Shown here in pieces: positions 49,165-58,420 of a DNA stretch of 64,000 nucleotides (the first letter of the stretch is position 1; each line of letters opens with the position of its first letter). The stretch comes from Poseidonia sp. (lineage in GTDB: Archaea; Thermoplasmatota; Poseidoniia; Poseidoniales; Poseidoniaceae): assembly GCA_965661285.1 (NCBI GenBank), contig CBFIDD010000001.1, positions 372,852-436,851 of the forward strand. The letters run 5' to 3'. The translations under genes were made by a program, and so were the position numbers. The notes beneath the pieces were generated by a model that was given only the letters and a program-made list of their open reading frames with translations, was not told where the DNA came from and did not search any database.

Positions 49165-51830
49165 GCGGGGGATTGCGCCATCTCACGCAAGACGGTGTGG
49201 AGAATGCCGCCGTTTCGATAGTATTCAACCTCCACGGGCGTGTCCAAGCGAATCTGTGCCTCAAAGGAAGACGATCCTCCGTCAGGGTGTTCCACATGGA
49301 CGGTGATCCACTGGAGGGGCTGCACATCGTCGGTAAGTGGAATGGTGTAGGATTCATGTCCCGTCAAGCCCAGCGACTCGTGCGATTCGCCTACCTTGAA
49401 CGTCAACGGGAGCACGCCCATGCCGACGAGGTTGGAGCGGTGAATGCGTTCAAACGAGGTGGCGATGACTGCTTTCACGCCGAGCAGATAGGTGCCCTTG
49501 GCCGCCCAGTCTCTCGAGGAGCCCGTGCCGTATTGGCTCCCGGCAAGCACAACCTTCGGCGCCTGAATTTGTGCGGCATCGAACACCGACATGACCTCGC
49601 CCGTTTCGTGGTTGAGGGCGTAACCACCCTCGGTTCCTGGTGCCATTTGGTTCCTGATACGGACGTTGGCAAAGGTCCCTCGCATCATGATCTCATGATT
49701 GCCGCGCCGGCTTCCAAAGGAGTTGAAGTCGCCCTGCTCGACGCCACGCTCAACAAGCCACTGACCGGCGGGGCCGCTGGCTGGGAAGGACCCCGCCGGC
49801 GAGATGTGGTCGGTCGTGATGGAATCGCCAAGCTTGAGCAACACCTTCGCGCCCTCCACAGGCGTGATCGGTTCGGGCGTGGCCGAAAGTCCACTGAAGA
49901 ACGTCGGAAGGCGAATGTACGTGGAGGCATCGGCCCACGGGTAGAGCGGCGATGCTTCGGCGGGGATGCTGTTCCATCGAGGTTCGTTCATCGCATCGGC
50001 GTAGCGCTGGCGGAACATATCGGGCGTGATGACCTTCATCGCTTCGTTGACCTCGTCCTCACTCGGCCAAATTTCGGACAGCATGACGGGCGTGCCCTTC
50101 GAATCGTAGCCAATGGGCTCGCTGGTCAAGTCAACATCCAAATTTCCGGCGATGGCGTAAGCCACCACCAGTGGAGGGCTGGCGAGATAGGAGGCCTTGA
50201 CCTTCCCGTGGACACGTCCTTCGAAATTCCGGTTGCCGGAGAGAACCGAGCCCACGATGAGTCCCGCTTCGTCGATGGCAGCCTCGATGGGTTCGTCAAG
50301 CGGCCCCGAGTTTCCGATGCATGTCGTGCAGCCATAGCCGACCGTGTGGAAGCCCATGGCGTTGAGGTCGTCTTGCAGCCCGGTCGCTTCGTAGTACTCG
50401 GTCACCACGCGACTCCCCGGGGCAAGCGAGGTGCGGACCCAAGGTTTGACGGTCAACCCTCGCTGACGGGCTTTACGTGCAACCAAACCTGCGGCCATCA
50501 TGACGCCGGGATTGGAGGTGTTGGTGCAGGATGTGATGGCGGCGATGACCACATCGCCGTGATTCAGGTCAAAAATCTCACCGTTCATCTCAACGATGGC
50601 ACTCTTCGAGAGGTCTTCCGGGGCAAGCCCGTGGCCCTGATGGCCAAGTTCGTGCGTCAAACTGTCTGCAAAATGCGACTTCATGTTGTTGAGGTCAACA
50701 CGGTCTTGAGGACGCTTTGGCCCGGCAAGGGCAGGCACGACATCGTTGAGGTTGAGTTCCAGGACGGCCGTGTAGGATTTTTCCGCTTCGTCCTCACCGT
50801 ACCACAGTCCTTGAGCCTTGGCGTAGGCTTCAACACCGGCGATGGCATCGTCTTCACGTCCAGTAAGACGGAGGTAATCGAGCGTCCGCTCGTCAACGGG
50901 GAAAAAGCCGCAGGTTGCGCCGTATTCGGGCGCCATGTTGGCGATGGTCGCCCGGTCGGCCAGCGTGAGGGCTTTCATGCCGGGTCCAAAGAATTCAACG
51001 AACTTGCCAACCACACCGTGCTCACGCAGCATCTCAACGATGCGCAAGGTCATGTCCGTTGCGGTAACGGCCGGTTGAAGGCTGCCAGTGAGGCGAACGC
51101 CCACGACATCGGGTGCGAGCATGTAAATCGGCTGACCAAGCATGACGGCTTCGGCTTCAATGCCGCCAACACCCCAGCCGAGCACGCCAAGGCCGTTGAC
51201 CATCGTCGTATGGGAATCCGTTCCGACCAGCGTATCGGCCAGCCATACACCGTCTTCCTGACGGGCGACGCTGGCCAAGAATTCGAGGTTCACCTGGTGG
51301 ACAATGCCTCGGGAAGGAGGTACTGCTTGGAAATTGGCCAGCGATTGCTGACCCCACTTGAGGAAGGTGTAGCGCTCCATATTTCGGTGGTATTCGATGT
51401 CGAGGTTCATATCAAGCGCATCGCTGTGAGCGCCAGAAACATCGACTTGAACCGAATGGTCAATGACAAGGTCGACGGGAACCTGCGGGTTCACCTTTTC
51501 AGGGTCACCGCCCATTTCCACCATGGCGTCTCGAAGTGCTGCCAAGTCCACCACGGCTGGCACGCCGGTGAAGTCTTGGAGAATCACCCGAGAGGGGCGG
51601 AAAGGAATTTCGCCGCGCTCGCCGTTTGGAGCCCATGCTGCAATCTTGCGAATGTCGTCCTCGGTGATGAGAAAACCATCGTGGGCTCGGAGCGCACCCT
51701 CGAGGAGAATACGAACGGAGTAAGGGAGGTGAGCGGTGGAAATCCCGTTCGCATCAAGGGCATCAAGAGCAAAGTAGTCGCCACCAACGCTGAGAGTTTG
51801 ACGTGCGTTAAAGGGGTCCAAGGTCGCCAT
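49161..51830 (-). CDS. acnA: Aconitate hydratase A
   Basis: QDFTGVP, VIDHSVQVD, GTDSHT, ITSCTNTSN, GYGCTTCIGNSG, GNRNFEGR, TTDHISP, GSSRDWAAKG. Confidence 0.98.
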   Translation of the reverse strand: MATLDPFNARQTLSVGGDYFALDALDANGISTAHLPYSVRILLEGALRAHDGFLITEDDIRKIAAWAPNGERGEIPFRPSRVILQDFTGVPAVVDLAALRDAMVEMGGDPEKVNPQVPVDLVIDHSVQVDVSGAHSDALDMNLDIEYHRNMERYTFLKWGQQSLANFQAVPPSRGIVHQVNLEFLASVARQEDGVWLADTLVGTDSHTTMVNGLGVLGWGVGGIEAEAVMLGQPIYMLAPDVVGVRLTGSLQPAVTATDMTLRIVEMLREHGVVGKFVEFFGPGMKALTLADRATIANMAPEYGATCGFFPVDERTLDYLRLTGREDDAIAGVEAYAKAQGLWYGEDEAEKSYTAVLELNLNDVVPALAGPKRPQDRVDLNNMKSHFADSLTHELGHQGHGLAPEDLSKSAIVEMNGEIFDLNHGDVVIAAITSCTNTSNPGVMMAAGLVARKARQRGLTVKPWVRTSLAPGSRVVTEYYEATGLQDDLNAMGFHTVGYGCTTCIGNSGPLDEPIEAAIDEAGLIVGSVLSGNRNFEGRVHGKVKASYLASPPLVVAYAIAGNLDVDLTSEPIGYDSKGTPVMLSEIWPSEDEVNEAMKVITPDMFRQRYADAMNEPRWNSIPAEASPLYPWADASTYIRLPTFFSGLSATPEPITPVEGAKVLLKLGDSITTDHISPAGSFPASGPAGQWLVERGVEQGDFNSFGSRRGNHEIMMRGTFANVRIRNQMAPGTEGGYALNHETGEVMSVFDAAQIQAPKVVLAGSQYGTGSSRDWAAKGTYLLGVKAVIATSFERIHRSNLVGMGVLPLTFKVGESHESLGLTGHESYTIPLTDDVQPLQWITVHVEHPDGGSSSFEAQIRLDTPVEVEYYRNGGILHTVLREMAQSPA

Positions 51831-51931
51831 GTTTCAAGCGAGAAGCCAGCCGTCTATGAAGAAAACCCTTCACGCCTCAGGTTGAGTTAAACGCCCCAGT
51901 ATCGAGGTAGGGTGCACGCACGATGGTGCCA

Positions 51932-52936
51932 TCACCAGAACTGGTACCACGGCTTGGTTTCTGAACCCACAAAGGTCGCCGAAACCAATTCAACATTCTG
52001 GGTTGGTCGGTCGTTTTGTCCAGTATCGGTTGCCGAGATCGCCGTGACGTGGTTGCAGCCGCTGGTGATTTCGCCGAACACGGTGTGTTCGCCGTCCAAC
52101 CAATTTGGCGTGCTGTCGTTTGGAATCAAGAAGAACTGGCTACCACCGGTGTTGGCGGCGCTGGTCTTGGCCATCGAGATGGTGCACGGCTCGTGGTTGC
52201 GGCCGTTGTCGGCTTCGTCGGGGATGGTGTAAGAGGTCTTGCCGGCGCACTCCGCTTCGGATGTTTCGGCGCCGTTGCAGTAGCCGAACCACTTGGCAGC
52301 GTGTCCACCGGTACCGTCGCCGTTGGTGAAGTCGCCACCTTGGATCATGAAATCATCGATGACACGGTGGAAGATGGTGCCGTCGTAGTCGCCGTTCTCA
52401 ACGAGGAGTTTGAAGTTCTCCACGTGAATCGGTGCATCGTCCGGGTAGAGCTCAATGGTGACCGTCCCGCTGTTCGCGCCACCGTTCCACGTCAACTCGA
52501 GGTCGACAATGTCCGTCGTGGTGTCGGACCGGTTGGCGACGTTGATCATCGCCAACACAAGCACGCCTGCAAGGAAGATGGCCATGATGCCGGCGGGCGT
52601 TGGCGTGCCGTCGTTGAGAAGACGGGGGAAGGAGGTCTCGCTGATGCCTTTGTCCTGCATTTCGTTGAGCAGGTCGTTGTAGAGGCGGTCAGCCTTCTTG
52701 TCCCGAGGATTCTTTTTGGTGGCTTCACGAAGAAGGGAGGCGGCTCGTCGATATTGGGAGCGGTCGTTGCCGCCCTTCGCCTCAAGCCAGGTGGCGTGGC
52801 CGGCCAACATGAGCGTTGTAGGTTCCTTGCCATCGGGGTCCATATCCCTGAGAATTTTCAGGGCGGCGTCGCCTTTTCCTTTCGTGATGGCTTTCTCAGC
52901 CTTTTCCCAGCCGGTTCGCATCGCTTCGTCCGCCAT
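51932..52936 (-). CDS. Membrane-anchored cyclophilin-type peptidyl-prolyl isomerase with N-terminal TPR-like domain
   Basis: FHRVIDDFMIQGGD, ISMAK, GSQFF, WLDGEHTVFG; one TM (IMAIFLAGVLVLAMI); helical N-terminus. Confidence 0.9.
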   Translation of the reverse strand: MADEAMRTGWEKAEKAITKGKGDAALKILRDMDPDGKEPTTLMLAGHATWLEAKGGNDRSQYRRAASLLREATKKNPRDKKADRLYNDLLNEMQDKGISETSFPRLLNDGTPTPAGIMAIFLAGVLVLAMINVANRSDTTTDIVDLELTWNGGANSGTVTIELYPDDAPIHVENFKLLVENGDYDGTIFHRVIDDFMIQGGDFTNGDGTGGHAAKWFGYCNGAETSEAECAGKTSYTIPDEADNGRNHEPCTISMAKTSAANTGGSQFFLIPNDSTPNWLDGEHTVFGEITSGCNHVTAISATDTGQNDRPTQNVELVSATFVGSETKPWYQFW

Positions 52937-53089
52937 GCTCACGCCCAGTCCTCGTGTGGTTTTGAGTCTCACGCTTCACGGCTCCGCCGTTCTGCCGAGG
53001 CACTGGACCGGGGGAATGGACCGGCAACATGTTGAAAGAGTGCTTGAGAAACCGGCGAACAGGACGGGTCAACCGCCAGCCCTCGAGGG

Positions 53090-54889
53090 ATGTTTTCCAT
53101 GGACCACATCATCAACGACTTCACCATCAACATCGCCACCGCCAACGGAACCGGGTCCCAATCTGCGAACCTCATTCTCTTGCAATCGCTTTTCGACATG
53201 GGCGTCCCCGTCAGCGGAAAGAACCTGTTTCCCTCCAACATCTCCGGCCTCCCCACCTGGTACATCGTACGCCTTTCGGACAAAGGATACCAAGCACCGG
53301 GCGACCGCACGCACATCCAGGTGCTCGTCAACCCTGCCACTTGGGACGACGACCTGGCGGCCCTCGAACCCGGCTCCGTGGTCATTTGGAACAGCGACAC
53401 GAAGAAGAAAACCGTTGAGCGAGACGACATTATCTCCTATCCCGTTCCAATGAGTTCCCTGGCTCGCAAAATCAATCCAAAAATCGCCAAACTCGTTACC
53501 AACATCATCTACGTTGGCGTCCTCGCAGAACTTCTAGGCATTGACCAAACGTGCCTCGAGTCCGCCGTAGCCAAGCAATTCAAAGGTAAGGCCACCGCTG
53601 TGGAACTCAACATCACCGCCCTCGGTTTGGGTCGCGACTACTGCAAGGAACACCTGACCAAAGAAGATGCATACGCCGTTGAGCCTCGCGAGGTCGAGAA
53701 GCCTCAATTCTTCATCGAAGGCAACGAAGCGGCCGCTCTTGGTGCTCATTACGGTGGCGTTCAACTGCTGGCGTGGTACCCTATCACACCCTCGTCCTCG
53801 CTAGCTGAAGGCATCATCAATTACATCCCAAGGCTGCGAACCGACGATGACGGAAACGCCAAGATGGCTGTCATCCAAGCCGAAGACGAACTGGCCGCCG
53901 CCGGCATGGTGCTCGGTGCTGGTTGGGCCGGTGGCCGTGGCATGACCGCCACCTCCGGACCCGGTATCTCGCTGATGCAGGAGTTTATCGGACTGGCCTA
54001 CTTCGCAGAAATCCCCTCTGTGTTCTGGGACGTGACCCGTGTGGGTCCCTCAACCGGGCTGCCAACACGCACCCAACAATCCGACATCGCCATGCTCTAC
54101 GAAGGCAGCCACGGCGACACCCAGCACATCGTGCTCATCCCCGGTACGGTGGAGGAGTGCTTTGAGTACGGCTGGCGCGCCTTTGACTACGCTGAACGCT
54201 TCCAAACGCCAATTTTCGGCATGAGTGACCTCGATTTGGGCATGAACCGTTGGGCATGTGAAGGCTTCACCTACCCCGACCAGCCCATGGACCGTGGCAA
54301 GGTCGTGCGCGAGCAAGACGTCTTCGAAGCATTCGAAACCTTTGGCCGCTACCTGGATGTGGACGGCGACGGCATTCCCTACCGAACCCTTCCCGGTTCA
54401 GGCATGGCCCCCATCCTCTACCGAGGAACAGGACACAACCCGATGGGCGGTTACTCCGAGAAACCCGAGGACTACTACAACCTCATGCAGCGCTTGCGCA
54501 TGAAGATCGATAACGCTCGAGACGAACTCCCCGCACCTATTTTGCGAGAAGAAGAAGAATGCGAAGTTGGGATTGTTTTCCTCGGCAGCATGGAAAACTC
54601 AATTCAAGAAATCGATGACATCCTTGAAGAAACCGGCATGAAAGTCAGCCAGTGCCGCGTTCGCGCCCTGCCGTTCCATTCGGAAGTAGAGGCCTTCGTC
54701 CGCCGACACGAAACGGTCATCGTTTTGGAAATCAACCGAGACGGTCAACTCTATGGCATCCTACGACGAGAACTCCCCAACGACTTGGTCACCAAGGTGC
54801 ACTCGGTCGCCTACAGCGACGGTATGCCACCGCGTGCTCGCATCTACGCAGAGCGTATTTTGAAAACCCTTGAGGAGGTGAACCAATGA
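53090..54889 (+). CDS. korA: 2-oxoacid:ferredoxin oxidoreductase subunit alpha
   Basis: NGTGSQS, YPITPSS, QAEDELAA, TSGPGISL, RVGPSTGLPT; substrate specificity not determinable. Confidence 0.92.
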   Translation: MFSMDHIINDFTINIATANGTGSQSANLILLQSLFDMGVPVSGKNLFPSNISGLPTWYIVRLSDKGYQAPGDRTHIQVLVNPATWDDDLAALEPGSVVIWNSDTKKKTVERDDIISYPVPMSSLARKINPKIAKLVTNIIYVGVLAELLGIDQTCLESAVAKQFKGKATAVELNITALGLGRDYCKEHLTKEDAYAVEPREVEKPQFFIEGNEAAALGAHYGGVQLLAWYPITPSSSLAEGIINYIPRLRTDDDGNAKMAVIQAEDELAAAGMVLGAGWAGGRGMTATSGPGISLMQEFIGLAYFAEIPSVFWDVTRVGPSTGLPTRTQQSDIAMLYEGSHGDTQHIVLIPGTVEECFEYGWRAFDYAERFQTPIFGMSDLDLGMNRWACEGFTYPDQPMDRGKVVREQDVFEAFETFGRYLDVDGDGIPYRTLPGSGMAPILYRGTGHNPMGGYSEKPEDYYNLMQRLRMKIDNARDELPAPILREEEECEVGIVFLGSMENSIQEIDDILEETGMKVSQCRVRALPFHSEVEAFVRRHETVIVLEINRDGQLYGILRRELPNDLVTKVHSVAYSDGMPPRARIYAERILKTLEEVNQ

Positions 54890-55932
54890 GCGACCGACCC
54901 GCACGAGCCATCAAACTCAACGTCATCAACGAGCCCAAAGACAGTTACACAGGCGGGCCGTCCTCCCTGTGTCCTGGTTGCGGTCACGACCAAATCTCCA
55001 ACGTCATCGTCACGGCTGCATGGGAAAACGGCATTGAGCCTCACCGCATCGCCAAGATGTCCGGCATTGGCTGCTCCTCGAAAACCCCAGCCTACTACCT
55101 CGGGCAGTCCCACGGGTTCAACACCGTTCACGGCCGCATGCCCTCGGTGACCACCGGTGCCTACGCCATCAACAAGGACCTGCTTTACCTTGGTGTTTCA
55201 GGCGACGGCGACTCCGCTTCCATTGGCATCGGACAACTTATCCACGCCATTCGCCGAAACATGGACATGGTCTACATCGTGGAAAACAACGGTGTTTACG
55301 GTCTAACCAAGGGCCAGTACTCCGCTACCGCTGACGTCGGCTCCAAGAAGAAGAAAGGGCCAGCTAACGAAACGCAGCCCATCGATTTGTGTGCCTTGGC
55401 CATCAACCTCGGTTGCACCTTCGTGGCCCGCTCCTTTTCGGGCTCCAAGAAACAACTGACCTCGCTGCTCAAGGCAGCGATGTCCCACAAAGGCTTCGCC
55501 CTCATCGACGTGATTTCACCGTGTGTGACCTTCAACAATAACGACGAGTCCATGCGTTCTTACGGCTACGTGAAGGAGAACGAAATCACGCTCCACATGG
55601 CCGACTACATCCCTCATTTCAACCCGGTTGAGGAAATTGAAGTGCCCGAAGGCCACTTCCGCGACATCACCCTCCACGACGGGTCGACCATCCGATTGGA
55701 AACCATCTCTGCCGAGCACGATCCTGGCGACACCATGGCGGCACTCAAAGCCCTTCACGAAGCTGAAACCGGGAAGAAACACGTCACAGGACTGCTGTAC
55801 TTCGATGCTAGCAAACCCTCGCTTGCCGAAGACCTCGGCTTGGTGGAGGAACCCCTGCTCGATGTCCCTGATGAAGCACTCCGCCCTGACAAGGCTTCGC
55901 TGGACGCCCTGAACGCAGAATTCCTTTCGTGA
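54886..55932 (+). CDS. korB: 2-oxoacid:ferredoxin oxidoreductase subunit beta
   Basis: LCPGCGH, SGIGCS, HGR, GDGD...ENNGVYGLTKGQ (TPP motif), SPCVTFN; ATGA overlap. Confidence 0.93.
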   Translation: MSDRPARAIKLNVINEPKDSYTGGPSSLCPGCGHDQISNVIVTAAWENGIEPHRIAKMSGIGCSSKTPAYYLGQSHGFNTVHGRMPSVTTGAYAINKDLLYLGVSGDGDSASIGIGQLIHAIRRNMDMVYIVENNGVYGLTKGQYSATADVGSKKKKGPANETQPIDLCALAINLGCTFVARSFSGSKKQLTSLLKAAMSHKGFALIDVISPCVTFNNNDESMRSYGYVKENEITLHMADYIPHFNPVEEIEVPEGHFRDITLHDGSTIRLETISAEHDPGDTMAALKALHEAETGKKHVTGLLYFDASKPSLAEDLGLVEEPLLDVPDEALRPDKASLDALNAEFLS

Positions 55933-55981
55933 AGGAATTTCATCGCGCCTTCTATTAAGGACCGGGGACAAATAAAGCGAC

Positions 55982-56863
55982 ATGGTTGACCCCATTACCC
56001 TCGGCTCAAGCCTTGCGTTGACGGGTTTTGGCGTCTATCTTCTGAATCGTTATTGGAAACAACGACAAGCTCGGCTTCGAGCCTTGGCCCTGCTCCAAAA
56101 ATACAGCACCTCCTCGCGCATTGCGCTTCATCAAGGGCGAATGCGACTGCTGGTCAGCATGCCGCAAGTGGACCAACTTCCCGAGCAGGAGCAGCAAGCG
56201 TGGAGAGAGCGAGACGAGCGAAGAGACCGGAATTACATGGAACTCGACTTGATTCAACCGCTGGCTGATAGCGAGGAGGATGAACCGCCTGCAGAAGACG
56301 AGCGACAAACCGAATTGGAGGCTCGAACCCAGTGGATGGAGGAGAACGCACCGCCCATGCAAGAACACGCCACCTTGGTGGCAGAGGAACACATCGGCAG
56401 TGGCGTGATCGTGGCAACAGAGGCCGATGAAGAGCACGAAGTCAACATCGACGAACGTTTGGAGCGAGAGGGTGGTGCTTCAGGACAAGTGCAAATTTCA
56501 CTCGCTTGGGACGATTACAACGACCTCGATTTGCATCTTTTCTGTCCTTCGGGAGAACGCATTTACTTCAACAACAAGCGAAGCGAATGCGGCGGGGAAC
56601 TCGACGTCGACATGAACGTTCGTCCAATCTCCAACACGCCGGTTGAAAACGTCGTGTGGAAGGGCGATGCTCCGCTTGGAACCTACAAGGTCGGCGTGCA
56701 TTTCTACAAGCATCATCGAAAACGACGCACGAAACGGGTGTGTCGCTATCGCCTTCGGGTGATCACGCACGGCCAAACCAAGGAATACCTCGGGAAGATC
56801 AAGTACGGTCAAGCCATGCAGATGGTCACGTCGTTTTCCTTGACTGACGCCTACAAAGGATGA
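55982..56863 (+). CDS. Membrane-anchored protein with YfaP/DUF2135-like C-terminal domain
   Basis: N-terminal TM, acidic linker, VQISLAWDDYNDLDLHLFCPSGERIYF...GGELDVDMN...VENV. Confidence 0.75.
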   Translation: MVDPITLGSSLALTGFGVYLLNRYWKQRQARLRALALLQKYSTSSRIALHQGRMRLLVSMPQVDQLPEQEQQAWRERDERRDRNYMELDLIQPLADSEEDEPPAEDERQTELEARTQWMEENAPPMQEHATLVAEEHIGSGVIVATEADEEHEVNIDERLEREGGASGQVQISLAWDDYNDLDLHLFCPSGERIYFNNKRSECGGELDVDMNVRPISNTPVENVVWKGDAPLGTYKVGVHFYKHHRKRRTKRVCRYRLRVITHGQTKEYLGKIKYGQAMQMVTSFSLTDAYKG

Positions 56864-57603
56864 ACATGGCTCGCTGCGAACAACGCAGACCCCAACGGCC
56901 CTGCCGTGTCTGCAAGAAGCGAGGGGACCAGTTCAGCCTCCGTTTTGAGCAGGGGTTGAATCTTCTCCCAGTGCTCCATGAGCCCGCCGTAGAGGATGAT
57001 TCGGGTAGGACGAACCTTCTGTTCAAGATAGGTCAGACCTTCTTGAAAACGAACGGCCCACTGCTCCAAGGTCCACCCGTGCTGTGTTCGCGCAGCGCCC
57101 GAGAGGTGGTGTTCAAGGTACCCTTCTCTGGATGGATGGGGTAAGCGACCGTACTCAAGATTTGGAAGCAGTGCGCCGTTTTGGTGCACTGTGGTTCCCA
57201 GCCCGGTACCGATGGTCAGGGTGAGGACACACGAATGTTCATCGTGCCCTGCACCGAATCGTTCCTCAGCCACAGCCACAGCATCCGCGTCGTTGAGCAT
57301 CGAAAATTGGCCTCCGTGGAAGTTGTGCAAAACAGATGCAACCTCCGTCTCCAACCACGACTCGCCAAGGTTGGGCGCCGTGATGGGTTTTGAGGCCTCG
57401 ACGGCGCCGGGGAAGCCAAGCCCAATGGGGCCCCGCCAACCCAGCCCCTCGATGGCTTGAACCAATGAAGGAAGTACCTCGTTTGGAGCGGTTGACGAAC
57501 CGTGGCGGCAGGCGTGCAGTGAGCCTTCCAGCGCCCCCGTTCGAGTATCAAACACACCGAGACGAAAACCGCTCCCGCCAAGGTCGATGCCCAGGGCCTT
57601 CAA
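56851..57603 (-). CDS. ROK family sugar kinase, polyphosphate glucokinase-like
   Basis: GIDLGGSG, GLGFPG, LNDADAVAVAE..FGAG, LTIGTGLGT, LLPNLEYG, ILYGG. Confidence 0.85.
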   Translation of the reverse strand: MKALGIDLGGSGFRLGVFDTRTGALEGSLHACRHGSSTAPNEVLPSLVQAIEGLGWRGPIGLGFPGAVEASKPITAPNLGESWLETEVASVLHNFHGGQFSMLNDADAVAVAEERFGAGHDEHSCVLTLTIGTGLGTTVHQNGALLPNLEYGRLPHPSREGYLEHHLSGAARTQHGWTLEQWAVRFQEGLTYLEQKVRPTRIILYGGLMEHWEKIQPLLKTEAELVPSLLADTAGPLGSALFAASHVHPL

Positions 57604-58334
57604 CGTCCATCACCCGAATGTCGGGACAAAATAGCATCAACAAGCGGCGGGAAGGTCAAACCGTGTGGATGCGGCGAGACGACGCTGGCTGCTTCTTCAA
57701 CAGCTGGAAAGGCCCCGCCAACGGCAACGGACCAGTGAAGAAATTCAAACATCGACAAATCATTGGGTGCATCACCGACACACAGCGCCTCCTCGGGAGA
57801 CCACCCCATGCGCTCAAACAAGAACCGAAGCCCCTCGCCCTTGCTTATATGAGGCTCCATGAGGTGAACGGCGAACCCGGTCCTCACCACGCTGAGATGG
57901 GACCATGGACTGCTGGCGACCGCAGCGGTGACGGCCTCGAGAGGTTCGTTTGGAAAGAGACACCACTCGCTCTCCCGCCATCGATTCGAGGCGATTCCCT
58001 CAGCATCCAAGCCCTCGATTTGCGTGGCAAGCCACCTTGCGGCTTCCTTGGCTTCGTCGGCTTTGGCTCGAAGGACTGGCTCGTCCCATGCGGGGTGCCA
58101 AAGAACACCACCGTTCTCACAACACATCGGCGCTGACAGTCCAAGAAATCGCCAGAGGCCGTAGGTCACGGGGCGAACATTGCCGGTGGCGAGCACCACG
58201 GGAATTCCTGCCTCCTCCAAACGCCTGACGGCCTGCACCGCTTCGGTAGAGAGGTGCTTCTTTTCGTCGGTGATGGTGCCGTCAATATCAATGACGACCA
58301 CCCGAGGACACCATTCCTCCGGCAGCCACTGCAT
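57600..58334 (-). CDS. HAD IIB phosphoglycolate phosphatase (archaeal TA0175-type)
   Basis: DIDGTIT, ATGN, ENGG, SKGEGL, GDAPND. Confidence 0.88.
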   Translation of the reverse strand: MQWLPEEWCPRVVVIDIDGTITDEKKHLSTEAVQAVRRLEEAGIPVVLATGNVRPVTYGLWRFLGLSAPMCCENGGVLWHPAWDEPVLRAKADEAKEAARWLATQIEGLDAEGIASNRWRESEWCLFPNEPLEAVTAAVASSPWSHLSVVRTGFAVHLMEPHISKGEGLRFLFERMGWSPEEALCVGDAPNDLSMFEFLHWSVAVGGAFPAVEEAASVVSPHPHGLTFPPLVDAILSRHSGDGR

Positions 58335-58420
58335 GTGGATAGCCAGCAGGAGGAAAATCAAGAACATTCCCTTGATGAGAGCCCGAGAACGAGAATCATG
58401 AAAGGTTTCATGAGGGGTCT

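Noticed and set aside
49146-51890. 914-aa ORF on the + strand
   Set aside because: Antisense shadow of acnA; long stop-free reverse frames are expected from GC-rich codon bias, and it has no recognisable motifs.
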